From an uncultured delta proteobacterium (GTDB lineage: Bacteria; Desulfobacterota; Desulfuromonadia; Geobacterales; DSM-12255): a stretch of 64,000 bases of DNA. The translations under genes and the position numbers were made by a program. The notes beneath the pieces are model-generated. The model was not told the DNA's origin and made no database searches. It worked only from the letters and a program-made list of their open reading frames with translations. Shown one piece after another: positions 1 to 9,981 of the stretch (within the stretch, counting starts at the first letter, position 1; the number at the start of each line of letters is the position of its first letter). The stretch is taken from assembly GCA_963787125.1 (NCBI GenBank), contig CAWBBV010000024.1:110114-174113 (forward strand). The letters run 5' to 3'.

Positions 1-557
1 TTGATTATCACCTATTAAAGGTGGATGACACCGGCAATTCAACACTTCTCGTCGCTCTGGCTTCACGGAAAATTATTAATGAATATGAAGAGCTGCTGCT
101 CTCCATATCCCTGGAACCTTCAAAAATAGACTTTGCCACTTTCAATCAGTACCGGCTTTTTGCGAGTCGACTTGAGATTGATCAACATCTGGCCTTTATT
201 GTCTGTTTTAGAGGGTCGCTGACCGTAATGATTTTTCAGGATGGGACCCTTGACTTTTTCAGGAGCAAATTTATTAGTACCGCAGTAAACGATCCGGTGA
301 GACTCTATCGTGAGGTAAACAGCTCCCTTCTTGTCTACTCTGATTCCAAAGGTGGCTTGAAACCGCAACGACTGTTTTATTATGCTTCTCCGGCAGAGAG
401 AGCACTTCTTAGGAGCGTGATTTTTGAGGCTACTGGAGCGGAGCCGGCTCTTGTGGATACTGACGCCATGATCAGCGCAGCAAAACAGAAAATCGACAGA
501 GCTATCCTGCCAGAGGTTCTAAGTGCACTGGGAGCAGCATCAAGGAGTCAGAGATGA
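1..557 (+). CDS. PilM/GspL-like actin-fold assembly protein (5' truncated by window edge)
   Basis: Frame is open from base 3; lies upstream of PilN/PilO-like genes; LEPSKID..FNQY and ALGAA C-terminus resemble PilM-like proteins. Confidence 0.7.
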   Translation, partial: DYHLLKVDDTGNSTLLVALASRKIINEYEELLLSISLEPSKIDFATFNQYRLFASRLEIDQHLAFIVCFRGSLTVMIFQDGTLDFFRSKFISTAVNDPVRLYREVNSSLLVYSDSKGGLKPQRLFYYASPAERALLRSVIFEATGAEPALVDTDAMISAAKQKIDRAILPEVLSALGAASRSQR

Positions 558-1084
558 ATTTCAACATTAACCTTGCTACGAAGGTTTATGTCGATTTCAG
601 AAAGGTCAATATCTGTTTTGCGATAGCAGGAGTTGTCGTCGCTTTCTGGTTGATGCTCTCGATCTATACTGCCGTTAATTATGCTGCTGAGATGCAGAAG
701 CTCACCGACTACAAAGCAAAACTGAGCCATGGCACTAATGCAAGAAAAGTTTCAGAAAAGGAGTACACTGCCTTTCTTGCCAATCTGAAAAACGTAAATT
801 CTATTCTTTATAAACGCTCTTTTGACTGGCTTTTACTGTTTGCCAATCTTGAACAGCTTGTTCCGGAGGGTGTCGCTTTAAGAGAGGTTGTGCCTGCTGA
901 TAAAGGTGCGGTTGTCAGGCTTTCCGGTAGCGCCAGAAGCTTTTCAGCGGTGCGCAGGTTCATAGAGAACCTGGAGAGCTCGAAGACATTCGGCGATATT
1001 TATCTGACCAGTCATACAGCTCTTAAAGACGGGCCTCAGAAAGGGATAACTTTCAGTGTTACCTGTAAGGCAATGCTCCTATGA
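554..1084 (+). CDS. PilN domain protein (T2SS/T4P assembly)
   Basis: INLAT N-terminal motif, one TM helix, LEQLVPEGV..LSGSA..FIENLE ferredoxin-like fold. Confidence 0.8.
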   Translation: MNFNINLATKVYVDFRKVNICFAIAGVVVAFWLMLSIYTAVNYAAEMQKLTDYKAKLSHGTNARKVSEKEYTAFLANLKNVNSILYKRSFDWLLLFANLEQLVPEGVALREVVPADKGAVVRLSGSARSFSAVRRFIENLESSKTFGDIYLTSHTALKDGPQKGITFSVTCKAMLL

Positions 1085-1638
1085 ATATATCTATTCTGAA
1101 GCAGATTCTGTTACTGAGGAAGCGGACGCTGATTTGTCTCGCCGTTCTTTTTGCCTTTGCCATTGCTCTGCAACTTTTTATCAATCAGTATCAGGTTCCA
1201 AGGGTCGAAAAACTCCAGGGTGAGTGGACAAAGCTGCGTGAGCAGGAAGGTCGAGGGGCTGCGCTCCAGGACAGGGACACCATTTACCGAAACGGTATTG
1301 CTGATTTGGCAAAATTTCGTGAAAGGGTCTACCCGAAAATCCAGTTTGCCAGATTCATTAGTGATCTGTATGAAGTTGCAGCCAAAAACGGTCTCGATCT
1401 TGTCGCAATCACCTATAAACCGACTCTCAGTACGGAAGAACAGCTATTGAGTTATGCTCTTACGCTATCAGTCAATGGTAACTATCCTCAGCTGAAAAGA
1501 TTTATTTATGATCTGGGCTCCGGGGGGGGGAATATCCTGACGATTGACTCCGTCTCGATTACAGCAAGTGGAGTTGCAGCCGAAACTGTTCAGCTACAAC
1601 TGCAGTTAACTTCATATTTCAGGATGGAGGCGCCATGA
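1081..1638 (+). CDS. PilO/GspM-like assembly protein
   Basis: TM + coiled coil + LSVNGNYPQLKRFIYDL motif. Confidence 0.8.
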   Translation: MNISILKQILLLRKRTLICLAVLFAFAIALQLFINQYQVPRVEKLQGEWTKLREQEGRGAALQDRDTIYRNGIADLAKFRERVYPKIQFARFISDLYEVAAKNGLDLVAITYKPTLSTEEQLLSYALTLSVNGNYPQLKRFIYDLGSGGGNILTIDSVSITASGVAAETVQLQLQLTSYFRMEAP

Positions 1639-2249
1639 ACAGGCAGAGGGCCATCCTTGCGGTGCTAATCGCTGTTTTTGCCTGTTCGCTTGTTTACAGT
1701 TTTATTCGTATGCCGCGGCAAAAGAGAGTTGACAAGCTTACCTATCAACCGGGAATGACTGCGCAGCCGGTTAAACCGGTGCTTAATAAGGATGTTGATT
1801 CGGTCAGAGTCAGACTTGATCTCCTTGAGAGGACTAAAGGTTTTGGGCCGACAGGGGGGAAAAACGTCTTCTTGCCGCTCTTCGAAACTGGAATTAAAAA
1901 ATCATCTGTTCCATTGCCACCGCCGCCACCACCACCAGTAAAGAATGTTGCACCACCACCTTCTCTGCAGGTGCAGGCGCCACCGCCACAAACTATTGAG
2001 CCGACACCTTTGCAGCGCGATCTGGCGACATTTACCTTTCTCGGGTTTTTGAAGAAGGAGAATAGAAAGACGATCTTTCTATCCAACGGTAAGGAGATTT
2101 TCGTCGTTAAGCAGGGGGATAAGATTGCCGGAAAATATGATGTGTCTGCCCTTACTGATGAAGCGCTTACAATCACGAGCCTTCAGGATGGTGGTGAGAT
2201 CGTTATCCCGCTTGTAGAAAACAGACCGCTTGCAGCACCGAAAAGATGA
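1635..2249 (+). CDS. PilP/GspC-like (PulP) T2SS protein
   Basis: TM anchor, poly-Pro linker, FTFLGFL..IFVVKQGDKI beta domain; precedes secretin. Confidence 0.65.
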   Translation: MNRQRAILAVLIAVFACSLVYSFIRMPRQKRVDKLTYQPGMTAQPVKPVLNKDVDSVRVRLDLLERTKGFGPTGGKNVFLPLFETGIKKSSVPLPPPPPPPVKNVAPPPSLQVQAPPPQTIEPTPLQRDLATFTFLGFLKKENRKTIFLSNGKEIFVVKQGDKIAGKYDVSALTDEALTITSLQDGGEIVIPLVENRPLAAPKR

Positions 2250-2273
2250 CCCGCTTATTTTAGGAGACTGACG

Positions 2274-4349
2274 ATGAAAATCGTAATGAAAATAGCCTTT
2301 TTGACAGTTATTGCAGCACTGACTGCCTGCACTGCAGGGCGCACATCATTTGACAAAGGACAGGACCTCGAGCACAACGGAAAGTATGATGCGGCGGTGC
2401 TGAAGTATGCTGAGGCCGTCTCCATTAATCCTGACCTGAGCGAATACAGGCTCGCATTTCTCAGGGCAAGCGAAGCGGCAGCAAAGCTACACCTTAAGTC
2501 CGGTGATGAACTCTTTGCAGCAAAGCGCTATGATGAGGCGTATACCGCCTATGAAAGCGCCATGGTTATGGACCCTTCGCAAAGTCGTTCCAAGCAGCAG
2601 ATGGAGCTGATAACCAAGTTTAGAAAATCTCAGCAGCTCTTTAATGAGGGAGCTGCCTATGAGAAAGAGAATAAAAATAAGGAGGCAGTGCGTTCCTACC
2701 AAAAGTCCCTAAACTTCAATCCGAGTAACAGGGCGTCGGCTGAAGCTGTCGAACGCCTGCTGAAAACAAGGAAAGTGAGGACTGAGGGGTTTGAACTGAA
2801 CCTTAAATCAACAAAACCGATTACCCTTAAGTTCAAGGATGCCAAGATAAAGGATGTCTTCAATATTATAGCGCAACTTTCCGGGATTAATTTCATTTTT
2901 GACGAAGGGGTTAAAGAGGCAAATGTTACGGTTTATCTTGAAAATGCGACCTTTCAGCAAGCTCTGGATATCATCTGTGGTATGCATAAGCTGAACAGAA
3001 AAGCGCTTAATGAGAGCACCGTTATCGTTTACCCACGGACTCCGGATAAAAACAAGCAGTATGAGGAATTATACGTCCAGACATTCTTTCTTAACAAACT
3101 CGACGCAAAGAAAGCGGTTAATCTGATCCGGACGATGTTGCAGGTTAAAAAAATATATGTGAACGAAGAGATGAATACCCTCGTTTTACGAGACTCAGCC
3201 GATGTAATTGAGGTGGCAAGACGAATACTGGAAGCCAATGATGTGCCTGACGCAGAAGTCGTGCTTGAAGTTGAGGTGATTGAAGTTGCCAAAAAGAATG
3301 CCGAGAGCTTCGGTCTTGCTTTAAGTCGGTATGCTGTCGATTTACATGCTACCGGGCCTGCCGGGAAATTCCTGAATTCTAACTTCGTTTCAACCGATAC
3401 TGTTGCAGCTGCAAGCAACAACCTTACGACAGCGGCCGGTAATTCCGTTTCAGCGGCAACAACTCTTACCAGGTCTGACACGAGTCAGCTTGTTAATCTT
3501 TTCAGATGGGGTGATTACAACGGTTACATCACTGTGCCGAGTGCTACGTTCAATTTTGGAAAGACCCTTGGCAATGCCGAGACACTTTCGAATCCGAAGA
3601 TTCGCGTCAAAAACAGAGAGAAGGCGAAGTTTAACGTCGGTACAAGAGTTCCGATTACAACAACTTCAAGTAACGGAGTCGGCAATTACAACGTTAATGT
3701 TCAGTACGTTGATGTCGGCGTAAAGATAAATGCCGAGCCTACCATTCAACTTAACAATGATGTCAATATAAAGCTTGGCCTTGAGGTCAGCTCAATTCTT
3801 TCCAAGGAGAAAGTTGGCTCTGATGGCAATACAACTGTCGCAACCATAGGCACAAGGAACATGGACACCGTCCTTTCACTCAGGGATGGCGAAACAAGTG
3901 TTATCGGTGGACTAATCCAGGACACTAAAAACTTTAATACTCAAAAAGTGTCTATCCTTGGAGATATTCCAATAATCGGCAATCTTTTTTCCAATAAGGA
4001 AAATGCAACAGACAAGACTGAGCTGATTCTGGCAATAACTCCGAGAATTGTTCGTGGCATAACTGTTTCTGATCCTGAAATCGCTTCATTCTGGTCTGGT
4101 CTGGAGGATGATCCTTCAATAGCGAAACGATATGAGTCGTTTACCCCGGAGCCAGAGTTTTCTGTTCAGGCTAAAGTATCTGGCCCACAGACAACTGACC
4201 AGGCGTCTCAGCAGAGCTTTGCTCAACCTCAACCTGTAAAACCACAAATTCCGCAGACACCACCGACTATCTCTGTTGTCGAGCCTAAACCCGTTGTTGA
4301 CAAACCCTCAGGCTGTTACGAGTGCTCCTGCGGCTGTTCCTGTCTCTAA
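2274..4349 (+). CDS. TPR-containing type II secretion secretin (PulQ/GspD), N-terminal part; C-terminus frameshifted
   Basis: Lipoprotein signal (LTAC), TPRs, STN/N domains, secretin motifs LSNPKIRVKN, DVGVKI, IGGLI, KTELILAITPRIV. Confidence 0.9.
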   Translation: MKIVMKIAFLTVIAALTACTAGRTSFDKGQDLEHNGKYDAAVLKYAEAVSINPDLSEYRLAFLRASEAAAKLHLKSGDELFAAKRYDEAYTAYESAMVMDPSQSRSKQQMELITKFRKSQQLFNEGAAYEKENKNKEAVRSYQKSLNFNPSNRASAEAVERLLKTRKVRTEGFELNLKSTKPITLKFKDAKIKDVFNIIAQLSGINFIFDEGVKEANVTVYLENATFQQALDIICGMHKLNRKALNESTVIVYPRTPDKNKQYEELYVQTFFLNKLDAKKAVNLIRTMLQVKKIYVNEEMNTLVLRDSADVIEVARRILEANDVPDAEVVLEVEVIEVAKKNAESFGLALSRYAVDLHATGPAGKFLNSNFVSTDTVAAASNNLTTAAGNSVSAATTLTRSDTSQLVNLFRWGDYNGYITVPSATFNFGKTLGNAETLSNPKIRVKNREKAKFNVGTRVPITTTSSNGVGNYNVNVQYVDVGVKINAEPTIQLNNDVNIKLGLEVSSILSKEKVGSDGNTTVATIGTRNMDTVLSLRDGETSVIGGLIQDTKNFNTQKVSILGDIPIIGNLFSNKENATDKTELILAITPRIVRGITVSDPEIASFWSGLEDDPSIAKRYESFTPEPEFSVQAKVSGPQTTDQASQQSFAQPQPVKPQIPQTPPTISVVEPKPVVDKPSGCYECSCGCSCL

Positions 4350-4854
4350 CCTTAACGAGAAACTTCCCTTGATTGTCAGTCAGCCAAAACAGCCGGTTTC
4401 AGAGCCTGTCGCAGCACTTCCTCCTCCTCAGGTAAAGAGGATTGCTGTCAGAATTTCGGCGCCGGCCGTTGTGAAGCAAAACCAGTCGTTTACAGCCGAT
4501 ATCATTGCTTCTGAGGCTGACAATCTCATTTCTGCCCCTTTAACACTGGTTTTTGATCCGGCGATTCTTGAGGTTGTCACTGTTGCCGAAGGTGATCTTT
4601 TCAAAAAAGATGGTAAAGCAGCTCAATTTACCAATAAAGTGGATAATCAAGGCGGCCAGATTATTGTCAAACTCTCAAGAGATGCCGAATCCGGCGGGAT
4701 CTCGGGTGGCGGCAAACTCTTTTCAGTGAGCTTTATGGCAAAGAATAAAGGACCTGCCAGTATCGGTTTTGTTGGGGTCAAGCTGGTTGGTCAGTCAGGC
4801 AAGACGATAGATTCGACACTTTACAACACAGTTGTTGAGGTAAAACAGCCTTGA
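4276..4854 (+). CDS. Cohesin-domain C-terminal segment, probably the out-of-frame tail of the secretin
   Basis: Pro-rich linker continues across the frame change near 4305; LVFDPAILEV..EGDLF..GISGGGKLFSVSF cohesin pattern; no clear RBS or start of its own. Confidence 0.7.
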   Translation: MSSLNPLLTNPQAVTSAPAAVPVSNLNEKLPLIVSQPKQPVSEPVAALPPPQVKRIAVRISAPAVVKQNQSFTADIIASEADNLISAPLTLVFDPAILEVVTVAEGDLFKKDGKAAQFTNKVDNQGGQIIVKLSRDAESGGISGGGKLFSVSFMAKNKGPASIGFVGVKLVGQSGKTIDSTLYNTVVEVKQP

Positions 4855-5348
4855 ATGGAGTTGCTTTTGGCAGAAAGGCTGGCTTAAGTCTGGTTGAGCT
4901 GATCATGACTCTCACGATACTTTCCATTCTGGCCTCCCTGATTATCCCCTCTGCCCAGATGATTTCCAAGCGGAACAAGGAGATTGAATTAAGGAGAAAT
5001 CTGAGAGTTATCAGGAATGCTATTGATGATTTCAAGAAGACTTACGAAAAAGGTGTAGATGATAAAAAAATAATCCCTAGTCTGAACAAAAGCGGTTATC
5101 CCGAGTCGCTGGATATTTTAGTGGAAGGTCATGATTTTGGCGGTTTACTGAAAGAGAAGAAAAAATTTCTTCGTCGGGTACCTTGTGACCCCTTTAGTAG
5201 CGACAGACAGAGATCATGCAAAGAGAGTTGGGGCGTAAGATCCTACACTGACAAGGAATGTTCGGATAAACTGGGAGATGATCTCTATGATGTCTGTTCA
5301 ATGAGCGATGCAACAGCCATTGACGGGACAAAGTACAAGGACTGGTAA
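4851..5348 (+). CDS. Type II secretion pseudopilin (PulG-like)
   Basis: Prepilin cleavage motif GLSLVELIM; YPESLDILVEG; LRRVPCDP. Confidence 0.85.
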   Translation: MNGVAFGRKAGLSLVELIMTLTILSILASLIIPSAQMISKRNKEIELRRNLRVIRNAIDDFKKTYEKGVDDKKIIPSLNKSGYPESLDILVEGHDFGGLLKEKKKFLRRVPCDPFSSDRQRSCKESWGVRSYTDKECSDKLGDDLYDVCSMSDATAIDGTKYKDW

Positions 5349-5351
5349 GAA

Positions 5352-5762
5352 ATGAGATTTTTCAAAAGATTCAACAGAACCGGATTTACGCTTATAGAGC
5401 TGATGATAGTCATGTCCATAGTCGGAATTCTTGCCGCTATTTCAGCGCCGAATTATCGCTGGGGGCTTATTAAGGCGAGGGAATCAGTTCTGCGCGAGCA
5501 TTTGTATACATTTCGTTCAACGATAGATCAGTTTTATGCCGATAACGGCAAGTATCCTGACAGTCTCGAGGAGTTAATTAAGAGAGAGAAGCAGTATCTG
5601 CCGGCAATACCGACAGATCCTTTTACCGGGAAAGCTGATTGGATTCCAATTGGTCCTGCCGCACCGGCTGATGGGAGCAAGGTCGAAGGTTCTGTATCTG
5701 AAGTGCACAGCGCTTCAACCCTCGTCGGATCTAATAATGTCCCATACAATGAATGGAAGTGA
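5352..5762 (+). CDS. Type II secretion pseudopilin (GspG/OxpG-like)
   Basis: GFTLIELMIV motif; YPDSLEEL..YLPAIPTDPFT. Confidence 0.85.
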   Translation: MRFFKRFNRTGFTLIELMIVMSIVGILAAISAPNYRWGLIKARESVLREHLYTFRSTIDQFYADNGKYPDSLEELIKREKQYLPAIPTDPFTGKADWIPIGPAAPADGSKVEGSVSEVHSASTLVGSNNVPYNEWK

Positions 5763-5769
5763 CTGAGAG

Positions 5770-6447
5770 ATGATAGAGCTGCATAACACGACCGTCCAGT
5801 ATCAAACAGATTCTCCGGCGCTTTCGGGTATCAATCTCAGTATTACCAAAGGGGAGTTTGTTTTCCTGACTGGTTCATCAGGTGCGGGAAAATCTACCCT
5901 GCTTAAGTTAGTATACGGGGCTGTTGAGCCGATTCGCGGACATATAGTTGTCGATGGCCAGAATCTGTCCAGAATGCCAAGAAAAAATCTGCCGCTGCTT
6001 AGACGCAATATCGGTGTGGTTTTTCAAGATTTCAAGCTGCTAAATAACCGGTCGGTTTTTGATAATGTTGCGTTGACTCTCGAAGTACTCGGCTGGGAGA
6101 GTAAAGATATCGGCAAGAAAGTCTACCATGTTTTGAAACGCCTGGGTATTGAACACAAAATGGATGCGGCGCCGCTGCGTCTTTCCGGTGGCGAACAGCA
6201 GCGTGTAGCTCTTGCCAGAGCTCTTGTCAATGAACCACGGATCCTTCTGGCAGATGAACCGACAGGAAATCTTGATGAGAGTAACAAATCCCAGATTTTG
6301 CAGATTTTCAAAGAGGCTAATATTCGCGGTACTACAGTGTTGATCGCTACTCATGATAAAAGAGTTTTCAGTACAGTTCATTCCAGAGTTGTGCATCTGG
6401 TAAAAGGGGTTTTGCAGGAGGCCGATGATGTCACGCCAGCGGCATAA
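5770..6447 (+). CDS. ftsE: Cell division ATP-binding protein FtsE
   Basis: Walker [30 protein letters not shown]; precedes ftsX. Confidence 0.95.
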   Translation: MIELHNTTVQYQTDSPALSGINLSITKGEFVFLTGSSGAGKSTLLKLVYGAVEPIRGHIVVDGQNLSRMPRKNLPLLRRNIGVVFQDFKLLNNRSVFDNVALTLEVLGWESKDIGKKVYHVLKRLGIEHKMDAAPLRLSGGEQQRVALARALVNEPRILLADEPTGNLDESNKSQILQIFKEANIRGTTVLIATHDKRVFSTVHSRVVHLVKGVLQEADDVTPAA

Positions 6448-7372
6448 CGTCAGACCTCAGGCTGCGTCCCTTGGCGGGGGAGGGCAACTTCGCTACTTTA
6501 CTTCAAAGGCGCTCACCAACCTTCGCGGCAACCGTCTGGTCACCCTGATTACTGTCAGTACCATCACCCTCGCGCTCTTGATAATTTCTCTGTTCATGCT
6601 GATTTACGTCAACTTGGAAGGGACGATCGATCAGTGGAGCAAAAAAGTTGTTGTGACCGTATATTTTGACAAGGATCCTTTGCCACAGGATTTAGCCGTA
6701 CTCAAGAGCCGGATTAATGGTCTTCCCGGAACTGAAACAGTTCAGTATGTCTCCAGGGATGAAGCAATGAAAAAATTCCGCTCCCGTCTTAAAGGCCAGG
6801 AGTCACTCCTAGAGGGAGTCTCGGCAGATATTTTACCGGCGTCATTCGAGATTACCCTTAAAAAACAGTTTCGTGCTTCTGACGATGTAGCCCTTTATGT
6901 CAACAGACTCAAGCATGTTCAAGGTGTCGGTGAGGTGCAGTATGGTGAAGAGTGGGTAAAGAAATTTCTGACCTTTTTTCAGTTTATCCGGATTCTAGGC
7001 CTGATGATCGCTATTTTTCTTATACTTGCAGTGCTCTTTATTGTTTCAAATACAATAAAACTGACTGTGCTCGCTCGTCATGATGAGTTGGAGATTCTTG
7101 CGCTTGTGGGGGCAACGCCGTTTTTTATAAAGGCTCCTTTTCTGATAGAAGGGATGTTGCAAGGGGCGGTCGGAGCGTTAGCTGCAGTTGCAATTCTTAC
7201 CGCAGGTTATTACGCGCTGCTTGCCAATGCCGTTAACTTTCTTTCGTTCAATCCGGCCGATGCCGGGCTGATGTTTCTGCCGCTTTCATACCTGGCTGCT
7301 CTCTTTACCGGTGGTGTCTTCCTTGGCTTTATCGGCAGTCTTGTGTCGCTCAAGAAGTTGATAGCCATTTGA
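6425..7372 (+). CDS. ftsX: Cell division permease FtsX
   Basis: 4 TM; IVSNTIKL..RHDELEIL.LVGAT..FIKAPFLIEG. Confidence 0.95.
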   Translation: MMSRQRHNVRPQAASLGGGGQLRYFTSKALTNLRGNRLVTLITVSTITLALLIISLFMLIYVNLEGTIDQWSKKVVVTVYFDKDPLPQDLAVLKSRINGLPGTETVQYVSRDEAMKKFRSRLKGQESLLEGVSADILPASFEITLKKQFRASDDVALYVNRLKHVQGVGEVQYGEEWVKKFLTFFQFIRILGLMIAIFLILAVLFIVSNTIKLTVLARHDELEILALVGATPFFIKAPFLIEGMLQGAVGALAAVAILTAGYYALLANAVNFLSFNPADAGLMFLPLSYLAALFTGGVFLGFIGSLVSLKKLIAI

Positions 7373-8559
7373 GCGCCATGCTTGTCAGAATACTGATACA
7401 GGCGGTCGTTATTCTGCTTTATAGCGCAGTCATTCATGCTGATGTGCACGATGATCTCAAAGGTATCAATAGCCAGATAAAGGAGAAGCAGCAGCTTCTT
7501 AAACAGACCAAGAAGATTGAAATAAAGGTCTCATCCGAGCTTGTGCTTATCGAAAAGAATCTTAAGGAAAAAGAATCAAATCTGAGCCATTTGAACAGTG
7601 AAATGAAAGTTGTCGAGTCTGGGGTTGCCAATACTCATAAGCAAATGCAGTTGACCCTGGCTGAGATTGATAGTAAAAAAGCGCAGATTTCAAGGCGGAT
7701 CTCTTCTCTTTATAAGGCTGGTGAAATGGGGAATGTGCGGATGTTTTTCTCCTCTGGCTCAATCCCCCAGGCCCTTGAAAATCATCGCTATATGAAATCA
7801 GTACTTGAAACTGACAGGCGACTTTTTCTGGATTACCAGAACAGATTGCTGCAACTAAAAGTTCTGAAAGAAGCTCTTGAGAAAGAAGCCGAAAAAAAAG
7901 AGAAACTTTCCCAGCGCATCAAAGGTAAAAAACTCGAAATAGAGAGTGAAAAAACTAAAAAATCTGTGCTTCTCACGCAAGTCAGGCAGGAGAAAAAGGA
8001 GTATCAGAGCTCTCTCAAAGAGCTGCAGGCAAATGCCCGTAGATTGCAGTCAATGGTTGAAAGGCTTGAAGCCAGAAGCAGAAAGAGCTATAGTCAAAAG
8101 GATGAGAGAAAGAAGTTAGTTCCTGGAGATCATCCGCAACCTCCTGTCAGTGATAAAGGGTTTGGCGCTCAACGAGGCAAACTTTCTCTGCCGGCAGCAG
8201 GCGAGATCATAAGCCGTTTTGGCAAGCATAAGCACCCGGAGTTCAATTCGTTTACCTTCAACAATGGTATTACAGTCGCGGCTGCTATGAATGCCGACAT
8301 CAAAGCTGTTTTTGACGGCGAGGTCATTTTTGCAGACAAGTTCAAAGGTTATGGCAATATGCTGATAATCGATCATGGCGGCGGTTATTTCACTCTTTAT
8401 GCCCACGCAGCCAGAATTGACAGAAAAGTAGGTGCAGTAGTCCATAAAAACGAAGTTGTTGCCCATGTTGGTGATACTGATTCTTCCAGTGGATCCCAAC
8501 TTTATTTTGAAATCCGCTATCAGGGTAAGCCGATTGATCCAGGTCCTTGGCTTAGATGA
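7369..8559 (+). CDS. envC: Murein hydrolase activator EnvC (coiled coil + M23 domain)
   Basis: Long coiled coil; GYGNMLIIDHGGGYFTLYAH; LYFEIR. Confidence 0.9.
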   Translation: MSAMLVRILIQAVVILLYSAVIHADVHDDLKGINSQIKEKQQLLKQTKKIEIKVSSELVLIEKNLKEKESNLSHLNSEMKVVESGVANTHKQMQLTLAEIDSKKAQISRRISSLYKAGEMGNVRMFFSSGSIPQALENHRYMKSVLETDRRLFLDYQNRLLQLKVLKEALEKEAEKKEKLSQRIKGKKLEIESEKTKKSVLLTQVRQEKKEYQSSLKELQANARRLQSMVERLEARSRKSYSQKDERKKLVPGDHPQPPVSDKGFGAQRGKLSLPAAGEIISRFGKHKHPEFNSFTFNNGITVAAAMNADIKAVFDGEVIFADKFKGYGNMLIIDHGGGYFTLYAHAARIDRKVGAVVHKNEVVAHVGDTDSSSGSQLYFEIRYQGKPIDPGPWLR

Positions 8560-8631
8560 GGATCAGTTAGATGCAACACATAAAATAAACCATGTCAGAA
8601 AACCATATCTCAAGTTTTAGTTGGAGGATTA

Positions 8632-9957
8632 ATGCTTAGTAATAACCGGGTTCGCAGGTATTTCCTTGTTTCTCTTATAACAGTTCTCGTCACACTTGTC
8701 TCAGTGACTGCATATCGCAGTGCTACTGCGGCTGGCACCGATTATGAGTCTATTGAGCTTTTTACTGATGTTCTGGCGATTGTCAAGAAGAGCTATGTTG
8801 AAGAGGTTGATACAAAAAAGCTGATCTACGGCGCGATCAACGGCATGCTTACAGCACTTGATCCGCACAGCTCCTTCATGCCGCCTGAAACTTACAAGGA
8901 ACTGAAAATTGATACAAAAGGGGAGTTTGGCGGTCTTGGCATCGAAATATCCATCAAGGACGGGGTGCTCACGGTTATCTCTCCAATTGAAGATACTCCG
9001 GCCTTTCGCGCCGGCGTAAAGTCAGGAGACCAGATTCTCAAGATCGATGACAAATTCACCAAAGACCTCTCTATCATGGATGCAGTCAAACGAATGCGCG
9101 GCAACAAGGGGAGCAAGGTTACCCTTACCCTTATGCGCGAAGGTTTTGACAAGCCTAAAGAGTTTCCGCTTGTCAGGGACGTAATTCAGGTTAAGAGTGT
9201 CAAGTTCAAGATGCTTGATGATGGCTACGGTTATGTGCGCATTGCCCAATTCCAGGAGAAAACTTCTGACGATCTGCAAAAAGCCCTTGCCAGTCTGAAT
9301 GAAACCAGCAAGGGAAAGCTGAAAGGACTTGTCCTTGATCTCCGCAATGATCCCGGCGGGCTTCTGGATCAGGCGGTCAAAGTATCGGAAACATTCCTCA
9401 ATGAAGGTCAGCTGATTGTTTATACGGAAGGGCGGGAAAAAGATGCCCAGATGAAATTCTCTTCCCGAAAAGGCGACAAACAGCCGAATTATCCGATAGT
9501 TGCTCTTATCAACAGCGGGAGTGCCAGCGCTTCCGAGATTGTTGCCGGCGCACTTCAGGATCACAAACGTGCAGTAGTCATGGGTGTACAGAGTTTTGGC
9601 AAAGGTTCTGTGCAAACAATCATTCCACTCTCCGACAATTCCGGTCTCAGACTGACAACTGCAAAATATTTCACCCCTAGTGGCAGGTCGATTCAAGCCA
9701 AAGGGATAACACCAGACATCGTGGTGGAGAGGATTGAATTAGCATCTACTGAAAAGAAAGAGTCGATGCATCTGCGGGAAAAAGATCTGGATAATCACTT
9801 TGAAAATGACAAAAAAGAGCAGCCCTCAGTGCAGAAGGAGACTCTTCCGCTCTACAAGACCGATGAGCAGGTGAAGAATGACTATCAGTTGCTGCGAGCG
9901 CTTGATCTTCTCAAAGGGTGGGAGATTCTCAAGAAGGTCATGGTTACATCTTCGTAA
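8632..9957 (+). CDS. ctpA: Carboxy-terminal processing protease, S41 family
   Basis: LDPHS, GLGIEI PDZ, LDLRNDPGG, SASASEI, FGKGSVQ. Confidence 0.95.
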   Translation: MLSNNRVRRYFLVSLITVLVTLVSVTAYRSATAAGTDYESIELFTDVLAIVKKSYVEEVDTKKLIYGAINGMLTALDPHSSFMPPETYKELKIDTKGEFGGLGIEISIKDGVLTVISPIEDTPAFRAGVKSGDQILKIDDKFTKDLSIMDAVKRMRGNKGSKVTLTLMREGFDKPKEFPLVRDVIQVKSVKFKMLDDGYGYVRIAQFQEKTSDDLQKALASLNETSKGKLKGLVLDLRNDPGGLLDQAVKVSETFLNEGQLIVYTEGREKDAQMKFSSRKGDKQPNYPIVALINSGSASASEIVAGALQDHKRAVVMGVQSFGKGSVQTIIPLSDNSGLRLTTAKYFTPSGRSIQAKGITPDIVVERIELASTEKKESMHLREKDLDNHFENDKKEQPSVQKETLPLYKTDEQVKNDYQLLRALDLLKGWEILKKVMVTSS

Positions 9958-9981
9958 TTCTGCAGTATCCAAGAGGAATTT

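Noticed and set aside
1912..1990. CCACCG/CCACCA repeats
   Set aside because: Encode the poly-proline linker of the PulP-like protein
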